In this document: positions 13,985 to 27,536 of the stretch, piece by piece | Layout: every line of letters begins with the position of its first letter | Numbering within the stretch: the stretch's first letter is position 1 | Source of the DNA: the human T2T-CHM13v2.0 reference genome, Homo sapiens | Length of the DNA: 64,000 nucleotides | NCBI RefSeq assembly: GCF_009914755.1 | Contig: NC_060925.1 | Strand: one strand, 5' to 3' | Program-made: the position numbers and the translations under genes | Notes under the pieces: generated by a model | Seen by the model: the letters and a program-made list of their open reading frames with translations, nothing else | What the model was told of the DNA's origin: nothing | Databases searched by the model: none

Positions 13985-14130
13985 TCTGCTGTATGACAAG
14001 CTTACCTCTCTGAACTTCACTGTCCCCATTTGTAAAATAAGGATAAAAAGAACTACCAAATGAGGATTTCAAAAAAAGATAATGAAAGGTTTTGAAAATT
14101 ATAAAAGCAGGGTAAACAGAAAGTATTACT
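13985..14130 (+). mobile_element. MIR fragment
   Basis: cctctctgaacttcactgtccccatttgtaaaataaggataa. Confidence 0.6.
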
Positions 14131-14606
14131 CTTATTATTTATACCAATACTCTCATGTTTATACAAATTATATAGGCATACACAGGAATCCCAGAAAAAA
14201 AAAAGGAGCAATTAAAAAGTCTATCAGCAGACATGAGCCCTTAAAGCATTCACCAAGATAACACATAAGCAGGACTTCAGGTGACAATTAATGTAAGCCT
14301 GAGAGGGACTGGGCTGGGGACCAACCAAATTATTCCTTTAGCTGTTGATCACTTTTTGGCCTCCTTCACCCTAACCCTCAGGCTACTTTGGTTTGTTGTT
14401 CTGTTTAGTAATTTAATGATGGCTAAATCTGCTGTGATCTCTCATCCATCCTGAGCCTCTCCCACTTCATATTGTAAGCTCCCTGGAAATGAAGACCACG
14501 TTCTTAATTCTTCAGAAAACTGCCAGCCCCTAACATAATATCCCATGAATGGTGGATGATTAATAGGTGATTCTAGAAACATGAAGCTAGAAGAAGCCTC
14601 TGAGAT

Positions 14607-15330
14607 CCATTCATTCAATAGTTTAACAAGTTTTTACTGAGTGTCCACAATGCACCAGACACTTTTCTAGGATCTGAGATTAAGGAGGCGACCAAGAAAA
14701 AAGCTGACCCCTGCCGTCTGATGCTCAGTTTCTAGTGGGTGAGAGAGTCAATCTATAAATCAGTAAAGAAATCATAAATAAATGAAGCACTGGGTAATGC
14801 TAAGGGTTGTAAAGCAAACTGCAGCAGAGTCAAGAGCTGAGAGTTGGGGAACGCAGGTTGGTTTAGCCAGTAATGTCTCTGGGAAGGGGAACATTGGAGC
14901 ACAATCTGAGTGGGCTGAGGACTGGGTCACACTGTGACTTAGGGTTAAAACAGTCCAGGTAGAAGGAAGAGAAGTGCCATGCCCTAAGACAGAAGTGAGC
15001 TTGGTGCATTACAGTGACAGTACAGAACCCAGGGCAGAGGTGAGATGCCCAAGACAGGCAGGAAGGCTGGCAGCCAAGATAAGATGCTAGAGTTTACTCC
15101 CAGAGTGAAGGGATGCAGCCATCTGAGGGTGTTGAGGCAGGAGGTGAACAAATGTGACGCACTTTTAACATTACTCTAACTGCCATGGGGAACAAGAGTG
15201 GAAGCAGAAAACCAGTCTGGACATTTTTGTGGAGAGGAGTGATGGTGGTTTTGATGCGGGCAGAGGTAGCAAGACTCAGATGCAGTCAGGTCATATCTGG
15301 AAGGGGACTCTAATATTTGCAGAATGTCTC
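14607..15330 (-). mobile_element. L2 (L2a-like) 3' portion
   Basis: cattcattcaa...tttactgagtgtccacaatgcaccagacact...ctcagtttctagtggg followed by a purine-rich antisense L2 body. Confidence 0.75.
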
Positions 15331-15380
15331 CAAGGGCCAGGATGCTTTCCTGTGCTCCTAGGAAGAGCTTGGGGCTGCAA

Positions 15381-16645
15381 AGGAGGTGTGGAAGGGAAGG
15401 TCCAGGGGTCACCAGCACCTGGTTCCTACCCAAACAGTTCAGCCTCACCTGCCTCACCACGGGGCTTCCCAGCAGCCCTACCCCATGCATTTGGCTCCGT
15501 TGACAAGTCATTTGTTAACACCCTGCCCTTCTATGCCACATCATTTTTAGTAACAATCATGAATGAAAAGAATACTAATAACTTAGAAGGAAACAGAGAA
15601 AATTTGCTTTCATTCAATTTCATATATAGAAAATCATGCTCTTAAATAAGAAAATAAAATTAAAATATGACAGAAAATAAATATTACAGTACAACAAGGG
15701 AGAAAAAGCACAGCTATTTATTCAAAAGTTTTATACTTACCTAACAGTTTTGAAATGTGATTCTTTGGTTGCAGTGGAATATAATAATATGTCATATAAA
15801 TGACTCTCTAGTAACTAATAAGTACATTTCAATAAAACAAGTGTCTATAAAGAGCACAATTTAGATGACTAATTGTACTGCTGATGTAATGCTGTTTATG
15901 TTTTCTAGCTTTGCTCTTCAGTTTTAAAACAGTAATATTTTAAAAAGAATAAATTTAAGTTTTGCAGATACTATTCCATTTTAGTAAGTTATTTCATAGT
16001 TTAAACTCACATGAATATCTGTAGACAGTTACAAACACATATATAGATATTACACCTTACAGTCTATAGTGTTTCAATGTTTTAAAATTTTAAACAAATA
16101 AAAATTCCAAGTGGTCACAAAGAATGGCAACTTATGCAAACATAGTTCTATTTCTTCTCTCTGTCCATTGCGCAATTATTATTTATTTTGAAACTACTGT
16201 TTAAGTGCAGGAAAATGTAGTTCTGCAGTACCTGGAGACAGGAGCTGCACTAGGAGCACGCGAAGGATTCTAAACAATTACAAACTCATTGACAAGCAAA
16301 CATGTTCAGGGAAATATTCATGTGTGACGGGGTGGCTGCCTAACTGTGAGCTTTTCAAATAAACCTCTATGTAAATTACAACGTTTTTTAAAGGATAATT
16401 AATAAGCCATGCTATGTTTAAGTTTATATATTATGAAAACTCAGCAGCAGCCACATAAATTGTTGAGAACTCAGACCAGCAAAATATTTTTTGGTAGGGT
16501 ATTTTGTCACTGAGTGGTCAAAAGTAACAGGCAGACTTTCAGTAAGTTTTAGGAGAGTTTTGAATTTCCTACCGACAATGCATCCCCCTTCTTGCCTGAA
16601 TCTAGGGGAGAAGGCTGCCAGTGCTCAGCAGCTGCTATGCCACCA
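15381..16645 (-). mobile_element. hAT-Tip100 non-autonomous element, MER97-like
   Basis: Reverse complement of the right end (caggcaagaagggggatgcattgtcggtaggaaattcaaaa...aaagtctgcctg) resembles the recalled MER97 5' end; TIR-like ends gaggtgtggaaggg / gctatgccac; AT-rich interior; left boundary uncertain. Confidence 0.5.
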
Positions 16646-17348
16646 GTTCTAAGTAAGGTGTCCTCAGCATTGCCCTGGGCTACGAAAAGTCGGAAAACCT
16701 CCATCTAGCCCAGTCCTCTTGCCCACATGAGGAACCTGAGGTCAGGTGGCTTGTGTGACTCCCAGGGTGAGATGCATTCATGGAAGGAAACCAGAGCAAG
16801 GGCCTCCAGGCCTCTGTGCGTGCCGGGGAGGCACGTGATCACATGACTTGGAACACAGCAGGTTCTGTTCATGCAGGCAGGGCACCCTCAGCATGTCCCC
16901 AGGGCCCAGGCAATAATAGAGGGAGGCTGAGCCTGAGGCTATGGAGAGGTGGACAACACAGGTCCAGGCTAGACAGAGCCACCACTCAGCTTTGACCCAT
17001 AGTTGCTATGCAGGAAAGCAGGCAAGTGATGCCAAGTTTTCTGCTTTTTCTAGACAAACCAAAGAATCCATCTCCTTCTTTGGCACAAAATCTCCAAAGT
17101 TTTATATTTTGGCAAATAATTCAAATTACTTGAACAGAAGCAAGAAGGAAGGAAGGGAAAGAGGGAGGCAGGGAGTAGGGGGAGAGAGAAAGAAAACCCT
17201 TAGGCCCACCGCCTCGGCATGCTGGGTGTGGTCAGGCACTGCAGCCTCACCACCTCTGTGCTGATAATTAGCTACCAGACAAACACAGGTTTAGTCCGCA
17301 GCTCCTACATCAACAGGTAGTGAGGTCTCCTTAGGTAGTGGAAAGTTG

Positions 17349-17800
17349 TGTTAAAGGCAAATAAATCTCAGGCCCCAAAATCACTCAAGCCCAACTGCTT
17401 AGGGCAAATCTGCCTCCCGTTCTATTCAAAGTCGCCCCTCTGCTCACTGAGATAAATGCATATCTGATTGCTTCATTTGGATAGGCTCATCAGAAGCTCA
17501 AAAGAATGCAACCATTTCTCTCTTACCTACCTGTGACCTGGGCGCCCTTGCACCACTTGGAGTTGTCCTGCCTTTGCCTCAAGTTGTCCTACCTTTTTGG
17601 ACTGAACCAATGTACCTCTTACACATATTGACTGGTGTCTCGTGTTTCCCTACAGTGTATAAAACTGAGCTGTGCCCCGACCACCTTGGGCACATGTCAT
17701 CAGAACCTCCTGAGGCTGTGTCACAGGCGTGTATGTCCTTAACTTTGGCAAAATAAACTTGCTAAATTAACTAAGACCTGTCTAGATTTTCAGGTTCACA
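17349..17800 (+). mobile_element. MER4A-type ERV1 solo LTR
   Basis: tgttaaaggcaaataaatctcaggccccaaaatcac...gaccaccttgggcacatg...aaaataaactt...ggttcaca; perfect 4-bp TSD gttg. Confidence 0.9.
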
Positions 17801-18755
17801 GTTGGAGACTCTATACCCCTTTATTGCACTAGTTTGAGCTCCTTCAGGCCAACACTAGACATTTGGCTCCATGTTAAGGGAAGGACACAGACCCCTTCAC
17901 GTCCGAGGAAAGGCGGGTGCTGAGCCTTGCCGCTCTCATCATCCAAGGACTTGCACTCTGCTTCAGTGTCTCGCTCCTGCTGTCTCTGCCATCAGTGGCA
18001 GACACAGCTAACACTGCGACAGAGCCAGGGACCTAACAGGCTTACTTCAAGGGGCTAACCTGGGCTGCCAAGAACAATTTCTCCCTGTAACCTGTCAGGA
18101 GCGGACAAGGCTGCTGGAAGCTCATGTAACTTTTCACCACATGCCGTTTTGAAATAACTCTATTCCATGGGGAAAACCTTCAGAAGACTTTTCTTTGTAA
18201 ACAGACTTGATGATAAAGACATGCTAAGTCCTAAAACCCAGAGGCTGTCAAGGATTTTACATTCTACCAATTTTGTCTTATCTCCTGGGCACTGTGGAGT
18301 TGAACAGAAGCTAGAGCTAAGTGCTAAACTCACTAGACATCTGCCAGCATCCGTCCATCACAAATGCGAGGGCCTCCCTGCCAAGTGGGCCACTCTCTCT
18401 GGTATAGGGAAAGATTCAAAGTTGTTATGAATGTTACCTGCAGATATTAAAAAGAAATGAGTTACACGTGTTTGTGTTTTCTGTTCTTACCTTCTCAGAA
18501 GTGAAATGCAGGAGCACACATATTGATCATGTAAATTTTTAAAAAATGATAATTCACACACACATTTGTACACAGAAGTCCAGGCAAAGAAAGATCAACA
18601 TGTTTAGAACACTTACCTTCAGGCAGTGGAGTAAGAGATAATATATTTTTTTTTGCATAGTTGTATTTTATAAAAGTTCTATGATTGATATTTATTACTT
18701 TAGTCATAAGGGGGAAAGCAACCAATAAAGACTATGAAAGAATGAGAATATATGG

Positions 18756-19185
18756 TATATTAGTCTGCTAGGTCTGCCATAACTAAATACCACAGAGTGG
18801 CTTAAAAGAGCAGACATTTTTCTCTCACAGTCCTGAGAGCCATAAGTTTGAAATTAAGGTATTGGCAAAGTCGTTCGTTCTAGATCCTCTGAGAGAAAAT
18901 CTATTCTGTGCATCCCTCCTAACTTGTGGTGGCTGCAGGCAAGCCTTGGTGTTTCTTGGCCGATAGATGCATCCTTCCAGTCTCTGCCTCACTCCTTACA
19001 GGGCATTCTGTGTCTCTCTGTGTCTTTATATGGTTTTCTTATAAGGCCCACCCCAATGCAGTATGACCTCGTCTGAATTTCACTAACTTACATCTGCAGA
19101 GACCCTACTTCCAAATCAGGTCATATTCTGAGGTTCTGGGTGGACATAATTTTGGGGATGGGGAAACACTATTCAATCCAGTACA
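18756..19185 (-). mobile_element. MaLR solo LTR (MLT1B-like)
   Basis: tatattagtctgctagg...gccataactaaataccacaga...catctgcagagaccctacttccaaat...acactattcaatccagtaca; TSD tatgg/tatgc. Confidence 0.85.
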
Positions 19186-19739
19186 TATGCTTATAAAGTA
19201 GATGAATCCCCCCTGGGGATATTCAGATGCCCATTGACCCTATTAAGCCTTAATTCCTGAAAGTAGAGCTTCAGCTCCCAGGAGCATGTGGCCTACCTCC
19301 TCCTCAATCTCTGCTCTGGATGAGGAGTGGGGCCAGTACAGAAGCAAGGGGTATAGACCAACAACATGACCCACAAGGACCACATCTGGTCCTGGTAAAG
19401 CCATGGGCCCCAGAGCCCTGGTGGGGCCCTGGGTGATGCTGAGAAGCCTGAGGATCACACACCTCCCTCACATAGTATTACGCCTTTGCAAGTGCGTGGG
19501 CATGTTCTTAGGATTAACCAATTACAAACTCAGTTTGAAGTGTGACAGTCATGCATTTTCTCCCTGAGTGGTACTGAAAGTAAAACTCCTGTCATGTGCG
19601 AGTCTGAGAAACATGTGATGACAAAAAGATTTCTTGTACTCAACAAGGTTGGAAATCACCATGCTACATCTTTTTCTGGAGCAGACTTCTTGTGGGATGA
19701 GAGGCTTTTATTGGGATGTAGTGTGTCTTGTGTCTTGTG

Positions 19740-19922
19740 TCTTATGTGACAGGCACCATGTACAGCACTTTGGGTCCATGTTTCTCGTAATCTTCAAATC
19801 AAACCCATGAGGCAATCATCCCATTTTTTAGATGAGGAAACAGGCTCAGAGAGGTTAGAGAATCACAGAGAGCCCCCAAATCACAAAGGTAGGAGCCAGC
19901 AGAGATGAGATTTGAATTTGAA
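19740..19922 (-). mobile_element. MIR SINE
   Basis: cccatttttagatgaggaaacaggctcagagaggtt, reverse MIR core. Confidence 0.8.
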
Positions 19923-22900
19923 GGTAAATGTTTCTAAGACTTACACGATAGTGTTATTGGCTGAAGTGTGTCATTAACACTCTCTTTAGCACTGGATAAG
20001 CCATCAGAGACCTACACCCTGACACCATGTTGCTGTGCTCCCGACAGAATTTATTGTCATTCAGGAACACATCAGGGCTGTGGCCTCCAAGAGGGACTCT
20101 TTAATTGCCTTAGTAAACCCACTTCTTTTTTATGTGCAGATGCCACAGGGAACACCTTCCACTAAGTCTCTCTATGCCCAGTGCATGAAGCCCAGGGGAG
20201 AACTTCTGTAGGAGCCAAGTAACAGGAAGAGCTTGGCTTCCTCTAAATAATTGGTGTATTTTCTCCCTAGAGGCAAAAGGAATGGGGTAATCATTTGCCC
20301 AGGTCTGTATTTTCTGTCCTCAAATCTGTCGGCTCAATCATAGTACTCTGGTTTAATTACCTTATAATCTGAATTTCTGCAATAAGATCCCCAGCCTGTA
20401 CCCCAGGACCTGACCTACTTTTTCAATATTTAATTTTTTTGCCTTAATTTGTTTTAATTGATAACTTATTATTGTCTTGTATATTTTTTCTGATATCCTC
20501 CAGAAATCTTTTTTGTTTGATTTTTTACTCTCGTTGTTTTTATGTTAGTGTGGTTCTTACGCAGTAGGGGAAAAGGACTGTGGAGTCACTGACCTTTGCC
20601 ATCTGCTCCTGCCAGCTCCTCTTGCCAGGGCCCCTCCAGCAGGCCAAGTCCCATATCCACCTGCTGGCTGCCCAGAGCTGCACACAGAGGACAAGAGCCC
20701 TCTGGCTCATTCATTGTTCACTCTACTCTTCCATCTTGAAGATTCTTAGGCTTAGGTCCTCAGGACACCAACTCCAAATGAGTTAATTAAAAAGACAAAG
20801 AATATAATTGTCAACAGAGTTCATGAGTTATCCAGCTTCAGGTAGTGTATATTTCAACCTAAAAAACAAACAAACAAAAAAGAAAACTGCTAGTTTCAAC
20901 AAAGGCTCCAGATTCCTCTGAAAATACACCTAACTTATGTAGGAAAATATAGAATCCTAGACAGGACACCAGTTCGTCAGTTTAACAAATGTGAGATTGA
21001 AGGGACTGAGCCACCAAGCTCTGCACTTTCTCAAACTGAAGCCAGACCCTCAAGCAGTTGTTAATTTTCAGTTTTTGTCCTTGACTCAATGGGAACACAA
21101 ATATTCTAAAATGCAAGACCAGATAAAGTTGTGACAAGACATTAGGGGCTTGACTCCAGTTCCAGTTCAGCTGCAATATACTTACCATTCTCTACCTGTG
21201 CAAAGTACCCTCATGTTGTGTGAGTGAATTCCAAAGCCACTTTGTGACCTCTTCCGGCAAGGCCAAAACCATGTGGAGTGTAGAAGTGGGAAATGTCCTC
21301 TGCTCTGCTCCAAGCATGTGGCCTTCTGCCTGGGGCCAGAGGGAAGAGTCGGTCACGCCTAAGCCAACACCCACGGCATTCCACCATGTGGTAAGATCCC
21401 TCGGACTAAAACACAAAGCCTCATGGTAGCCTGACCTTTCCCAGGTGTTAACACCTGACCTGACAAAACTAGCAGTGCCCCTGCATTGAAGCAAGCTCCT
21501 TAGAAGGCAGCTTACTGTGAGCTGAGGTCAAGGAGAGTGACAAGGCCCAGCAGAAATCCTCTGAACAGCTGAGCAGTTTCGTTGCAAGTAACGGGGAGAC
21601 CAAGTGCTGGGGAGCCATCACACAGGGATTCTGCAGCATGGGCATTAGGAAACAGCCCAATCACTGTTATTCTGCCCAGGGTCTATCTGTATCTAAAAGG
21701 GACATGAATCTAGGACAGTGATGAGTGGATCTTACTTTCACAAACATCATTTTCTCCAACTGATTCCTTTCTAAAAAGGAAAATTGACATTTTTGTCCCC
21801 TGAGGAGAACACCCAAAGCAGATACAAAGTTCCCTGTATTAAACAACATTTACAAGTCAGACTGTACTGCACAATACCCTCTACCCAAGACAAAAGTTTT
21901 ATACCATTCATTTGCATAGACATAGCAAAATTATGCAACATGTCATCTTCACTCAAAATTCACTGTTTTATGAGGCAAGACTTACAACACTATTAGAATG
22001 TACAATGCTTCATTCTTTAGTAGTAATAATTTCAGAGAAAATGTTCGAAGATAAAAGCAAACATCCATTGGAATAGATTTTGCAGGATGTGAGAACAAGA
22101 ACATGAAATTAATTTGTTTGATTGTCTAACTTAGGGAAAATGAAAAGAATCATTAAATTTTTCCTAAGAAAATATATTGGCCCTTGATCTCAGAATTACA
22201 AGAAACTCTTATGATAATTTAACCAAAGGTTCTAAAAGACTCAGATCCCTTGAAATTAAATACATGTGCATATGTGTTTTGTTATGGGAGACAAATCATA
22301 TATTTAATCAGAACTTGAAGGGGGCTTGCCATTGGCCTAGTGCTCAATGCTTTCAGTTTGTGAATGAAGAAATGGACACTTATAAATGTAAATTTATCAT
22401 AAAATAGTTGCAGAGTTTTGACTAAACTGTGATATTCTCATTTCCAGTATAGTCTCAATAGCATCGCTATTTTTAGGAAGCATTTGAAGCCTCTGTGAAA
22501 GGTTGGTCACATCTGTGGATTGGCCAATTGGCATTTTTACTGGACACTCGAAGTTGTCCAGTAAAAATTCAGATAAATCTGCCTTCAGCTAAAGTCACAG
22601 AGGGGTCAAAGAAAGCAGTAGCCTGCTTTACAGGAATGGGCAGAACCTTGCAACCAAATTAGTGATTATGTAAGCCTTTCAGTCTAATTTCAAAGTCTCT
22701 AACACTTAGGAAATTCTTCAAAGAGGCTAAAAATTTGGCACTGCATCATTTTTCCTCATGGGCATTTTCATTAAATTATAAGCAAATGCACATTCCCACA
22801 CTGAAAACAGCACAAAGGAGGCTGCTCTATACCACTTGGCTCTCTGTGCAAAACTCGCTTTCAATTATCTTGATCCATATTGAACTCTCCCACCTCCTGT

Positions 22901-23284
22901 TAGCATCACAGCTTCTAGGAAACAGGCACACAAAGCAAGAGCAATTACCACACCATCACCCAAAACATAAATCAATAGTAACAAATGGCCCAGCATTTTC
23001 ACATTGTTTATCCTAGCCCTTCCCTGCACCACATGGAGTCAAACTTGCTTTTCTTCCTTTATTTTATGAAATTACTGCATATAAACCAACTTTGTCATTA
23101 AGTCGGAAGCTGGGGTCTTCATTCACACCAGCTCACCTGCACAATTCTTGAGTTCTCAGAGCAGTAGGACCTCCCTGGACCCGCTTCTCAATGCTCTCCT
23201 TTCAGCCAGGCTGACCTCTAAAATATGACTGTCTCGAAACATGTGTGGATCACCACATCAGACTTTTAAAAGTCTGTGATAACA

Positions 23285-23500
23285 GTGGTAGCAAAAACTG
23301 CAAACATTCATTGTACTGAGCTATGTATCAAGAAATGTGCTGAGCACTTTCACAAAAGTCTCAGCTAATACTCATAGTTTATGAGGTAGAGGATGTTATT
23401 TATTTCCATTTTACATAGGAGAAAATAAACTTAGAAACCCAAAGATAATAAGCTTGTAGCACAGATGGAATTTGAATGGAAATCCAGAGCCCCTTGTCCC
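23285..23500 (-). mobile_element. MIR SINE
   Basis: tactgagctatgtatcaag...tgtgctgagcactttcac...tatgaggtag...ccattttacatag. Confidence 0.6.
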
Positions 23501-23704
23501 CACCACCCTACTGCTATCCAATACAAATAACATGAAGTTCTGGGTTAGAATTTCACTCAGATGTGGTTCTTGTTGGAAGTGGGTTTTCTAATCAGGAGAA
23601 CAGATAAACACAGATATATTACAAATTGCCAAGATATATAAACTTCAGGCATCAGCTACAGGAGAATTTATTTGGTGACAAGTCTGCATTTAAAAGCCAT
23701 TGTT

Positions 23705-23875
23705 AATTGAACATTTACTATGTGTCTAATAAAACCACTGTGATAGGTATTTTTAATTCATAAAACTAACTCCAGTTCTTTACTTCTAGGATGATAATGT
23801 CTTCATATTTCAGATACAGACACTGAAGCACAGAAAAGTTAAGTTAACTAGCAAGCAGGGCCTGAACTTGGATTG
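23705..23875 (-). mobile_element. MIR SINE
   Basis: attgaacatttactatgtg...catatttcagatacagacactgaagcacagaaaagttaagt. Confidence 0.6.
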
Positions 23876-24303
23876 CTTCTCATACTTTTCATACTCTCTA
23901 TCTGCCTCCTGTACAACAATGAGTTCTATTGTTTTACTAATGTGAAATGAGCAATTCTAACTGCCCGTAACTCTCCACTAGTGGAGCACAAGTTGGGGAT
24001 GTGTTCACACAGAGCTATCCACACTTATCTAATCCCCTTCACAGGCAGCATACATGTATGGAGCCAGGGAGGCTGGGTGCGAAAGGGCAGTGTACACTAA
24101 GGTGTTTTTCTTTTGGGTCCTGGTCTTTGTACCAAAGTCAGTTACGTGGCCTACCCTGGAACAAGTCCCTAATCTCACAAATAACACATGCAATCCAAAT
24201 GTGCTAAGTGGTAGAAACCCAACTCTTTCAATACCAGTGTTGTTAATCATATAAACAACCACAAAACAGTGAAAATAATATGGACTTTGGAGTCACATAG
24301 ACC

Positions 24304-24542
24304 CAGTGGTGTGCTGGTAAATATTTGTTTTGTTTTGTTTTTCTGATAAATGTTTAACAACCAGCTCTCCAGTGGGGAGGAAGAGAGCTCTGATTTATAG
24401 CATTTTCCCATTTCCACAGTGTAGATACTCCAATCATGGCTCATCTCAAGAAATCAATATGACATCACTGCACATGGAGTTGTAAGAAATGATGATAATA
24501 AGTTCTCAGAAGCTGATGCCAGCCAGCTCTAGCCCACCACTT
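24304..24542. mobile_element. MER63A-type hAT-Blackjack MITE nested in a MIR (MIR about 24270-24680)
   Basis: TIRs cagtggtgtgctgg / ctagcccaccact; TSD-like catagacc / agtagacc; MIR sequence resumes after it. Confidence 0.75.
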
Positions 24543-25267
24543 CCAGTAGACCCTATTCTAATCCCAGTTCATAATCTAAGACTTGAGGCAAGCCACATAG
24601 CCTTTCTAAGTATCCATTTATACTTCTATAAAATCTCAAAGACAATGCCACTAGAAACGATGTCATGATTAAAGGGCTATTAACAGCAGAACAAGATAAT
24701 TTCTCCCCACTTCCCAAGACAGTTGCACATACAAAGCATCAAAGGGAAGCAAATGAACACTTTACTGTAAACACAACCTATGCCTCTGAATTCAACCAGA
24801 AGAATCTGATAAGGCGAGTTTTATCATGTAGTCAAGGTTGGCATCCTAAGGGGGGAACTATCCCATCCTGTTCTGCTATTCCAAGTCCAAAGCCACATCC
24901 CAGGATCTGTTCACCCTCTACCAACCAGATGAAGAAAAGAGACTGAACAGAAGAGGATGTCTGCAGGTCAGGTTTGACTAGGCCTGCCCTGAGGTAGCAA
25001 GACAGAAACTGGTTTAGCAGTATGAGTGCAAGAGAGAGACAAGAGAAAAGCAAGGCAGCCAAGCTTCCAACTCAGCAAAAAAGTGCCAGGCCCTCTTACC
25101 CTTCCTGTCACCTATAGGGAGAAGCAGAGCAGCACCACTATGTTTAATAACCATTTCCATATGCAGGGACTCATCTGCTGGCACCATGGCCCAATCAGCA
25201 TTCAGCTTGCTTAGGTTAGCACCTGGGAGAGTGGATTCTCTGCCTTTAAAACTGACCCAGTTGTCCT

Positions 25268-27133
25268 TGTATTAGTCCACTTTCACACTGCTGATAAAGA
25301 CATACATGAGACTTGGTAATTTAAAAGGAAAAAGGGTTTAATGGACTTATAGCTCCACATGGCTGGGGACCTGCCCCCATGATTCAATTACCTCCCACCA
25401 TGTCCCTCCCACAACACATGGGAATTCAAGATGAGATCTGGGTGGGGACACAGCCAAATCATGTCATTCTACCCCTGACCCCTCCCAAATCTCATGTCCT
25501 CACATTTCAAAACCAATCATACCTTCCCCAAAGTCCCCCAAAGTCTTAACCCATTTCAGCACCTAATTTAAAAATCCACAGTCCAAAGTCTCATCAGAGA
25601 CAAGGCAAGTCCCTTCCACCTATGAGCCTGTAAAATTAAAAGCAGGTTAGTTACTTCCTAGATACAGTGGGGGTGTATGTGGCTTTTCCAGGTCCACAGT
25701 GCAAGCTGCCAGTGGATTTACCATTCTGGGGTCTGGAGGACAGTGGCCCTCTTCTTACAGCCCCACTAGTCAGTGCCCCAGTAGGGACTCTGTGTGGGGG
25801 CTCTGACCCCACATTTCCCTTCTGCGCTGCCTAGCAGAGGTTCTCCATGAAGGCCCACTCCTGCAGCAAACTTCTGCCTGGGCATCCAGGCATTTCCATA
25901 CATCCTCTGAAATCTTAGCAGACATTCCCAAACCTCAATTCTTGACTTCTGTGCACTCACAGGCTCAACACCACATGGAAGCTGCCAAGACTTGGGGTTT
26001 CCACCCTCTGAAGCGACAGCCTGAGCTGTACCTTGGCCCCTTTTAGTCACAGCTGGAGCAGCTGGGATGCAGGGCATCAAGTCCCTAGACTGCACACAGC
26101 AGAAGGACCCTGGGCCCAGCCAACAAAACCATTTCTTCCTCCTAAACCTCTGTGCCTGTAATGACAGGGGCTGCTGCAAAGGTCCCTGACATGCCCTGGA
26201 GACATTTTCCCCATTGTCTTGGTGATTAACATTTGGCTCTTCGTTACTTATGCAAACTTCTGCAGCCTGTTTGAATCTCTCCCCAGAAAATGGAATTTTC
26301 TTTTCTATCACATTGTCAGGCTGCAAATTTTCTGAACTTTTATGCTCTATGTCCCTTTTAAAACTGAGTGCCTTTAACAGCACCCAAGTAAACTCTTGAA
26401 TGTTTTGCTGCTTAAATTTCTTCCACCAGATACCCTAAATCATCTCTCTCAAGTTCAGAGTTCCACAATTCTCCAGGGCAGGGGCAAAATGCTGCCAGCC
26501 TCTTTTCTAAAACATAACAAGAGTCACCACTGCTTCAGTTCCCAACAAGTTGCTCATCTCCATCTAAGACCACCTCAGCCTGGATTTCATTGTCCATATC
26601 ATTATCAGCATTTTGGTCAAAGACATTCAACAAGTCTCTAGAGAGTTCCACACTTTTCTATATTTTCCTGTCTTCTGAGCCCTCCAAACTGTTCGAACCT
26701 TGTGTGTTATCCAATTCCAAAGTCACTTCCACATTTTGGGATATCTTTTCAGCAGCACCCCACTCCCAGTACCAATTTACTGTATTAGTCCATTTTCACA
26801 CTGCTGATAAAGACATACATGAGACTGGGTAAATTATACAGGACAAAGGGTTTAATGGACTTACAGTTCCGCATGGCTGTGGAGGCCTCACAATCATGGC
26901 AGAAGGCAAGGAGGAACAAGTCACATCTTACATGGATTGCAGCAGGCAAAGAGAACTTGTGCTAGGAAACTTAGCCTTATAAAGCCATCAGACCTTGTGA
27001 GGCTTACTCACTATCATGAGCACAGCACAGGAAAGACCTGCCCCCATGATTCAATTACCTCCCATCATGTGCCTCCCACAACACATGGGAATTCAAGATG
27101 AGATATGGGTGGGGATACAGCCAAACCATATCA
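25268..27133 (-). mobile_element. THE1A MaLR element with two LTRs and internal region
   Basis: Direct-repeat LTRs 25268-25466 (internally deleted) and 26781-27133 (tgtattagtcc...gggaattcaagatgag...ccaaaccatatca); THE1-int between them; TSD gtcct/gtccc. Confidence 0.93.
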
Positions 27134-27441
27134 GTCCCATAGAGTTGATGTTTATGGTTTCTTTGAATAAACATAGAAATTGATCCTCCCAGTTTTAAAC
27201 TTGAGGTTATATTTGCCTTATTTGAGTTCATTTCTCAGGAAACCAACCATCAGTGTTCCCAGACAGTATTAAGGAGCTGAAACTCACCAGATCACTGCAT
27301 CTGGACAATGAGTCATCAGACCTCCTACCCGTCATGGTTGACTAACCAAGGACTTGCTCTCTGTTGACCAACTCCTCTTCCTTACCCATCCCTAATTCCT
27401 GTTTTCCCACACATGGTGACATTTCTTCCTTGCTATATAAG

Positions 27442-27536
27442 CTGAGACAATAGGTATTAAAGAAGGCTTCAATCAGGCGCTACATAGTAACATTTATATA
27501 TTTATATAACCATGTAAGAATATAAACATCAAAATG
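27442..27536 (-). repeat. Two-part inverted local duplication (copies of 27596-27641 and 28076-28133)
   Basis: Manual reverse-complement alignment; see findings. Confidence 0.85.

Noticed and set aside
25766-26383. 205-aa minus-strand ORF
   Set aside because: Lies wholly in the THE1 internal region; a degenerate MaLR ORF remnant, not evidence of a host gene.
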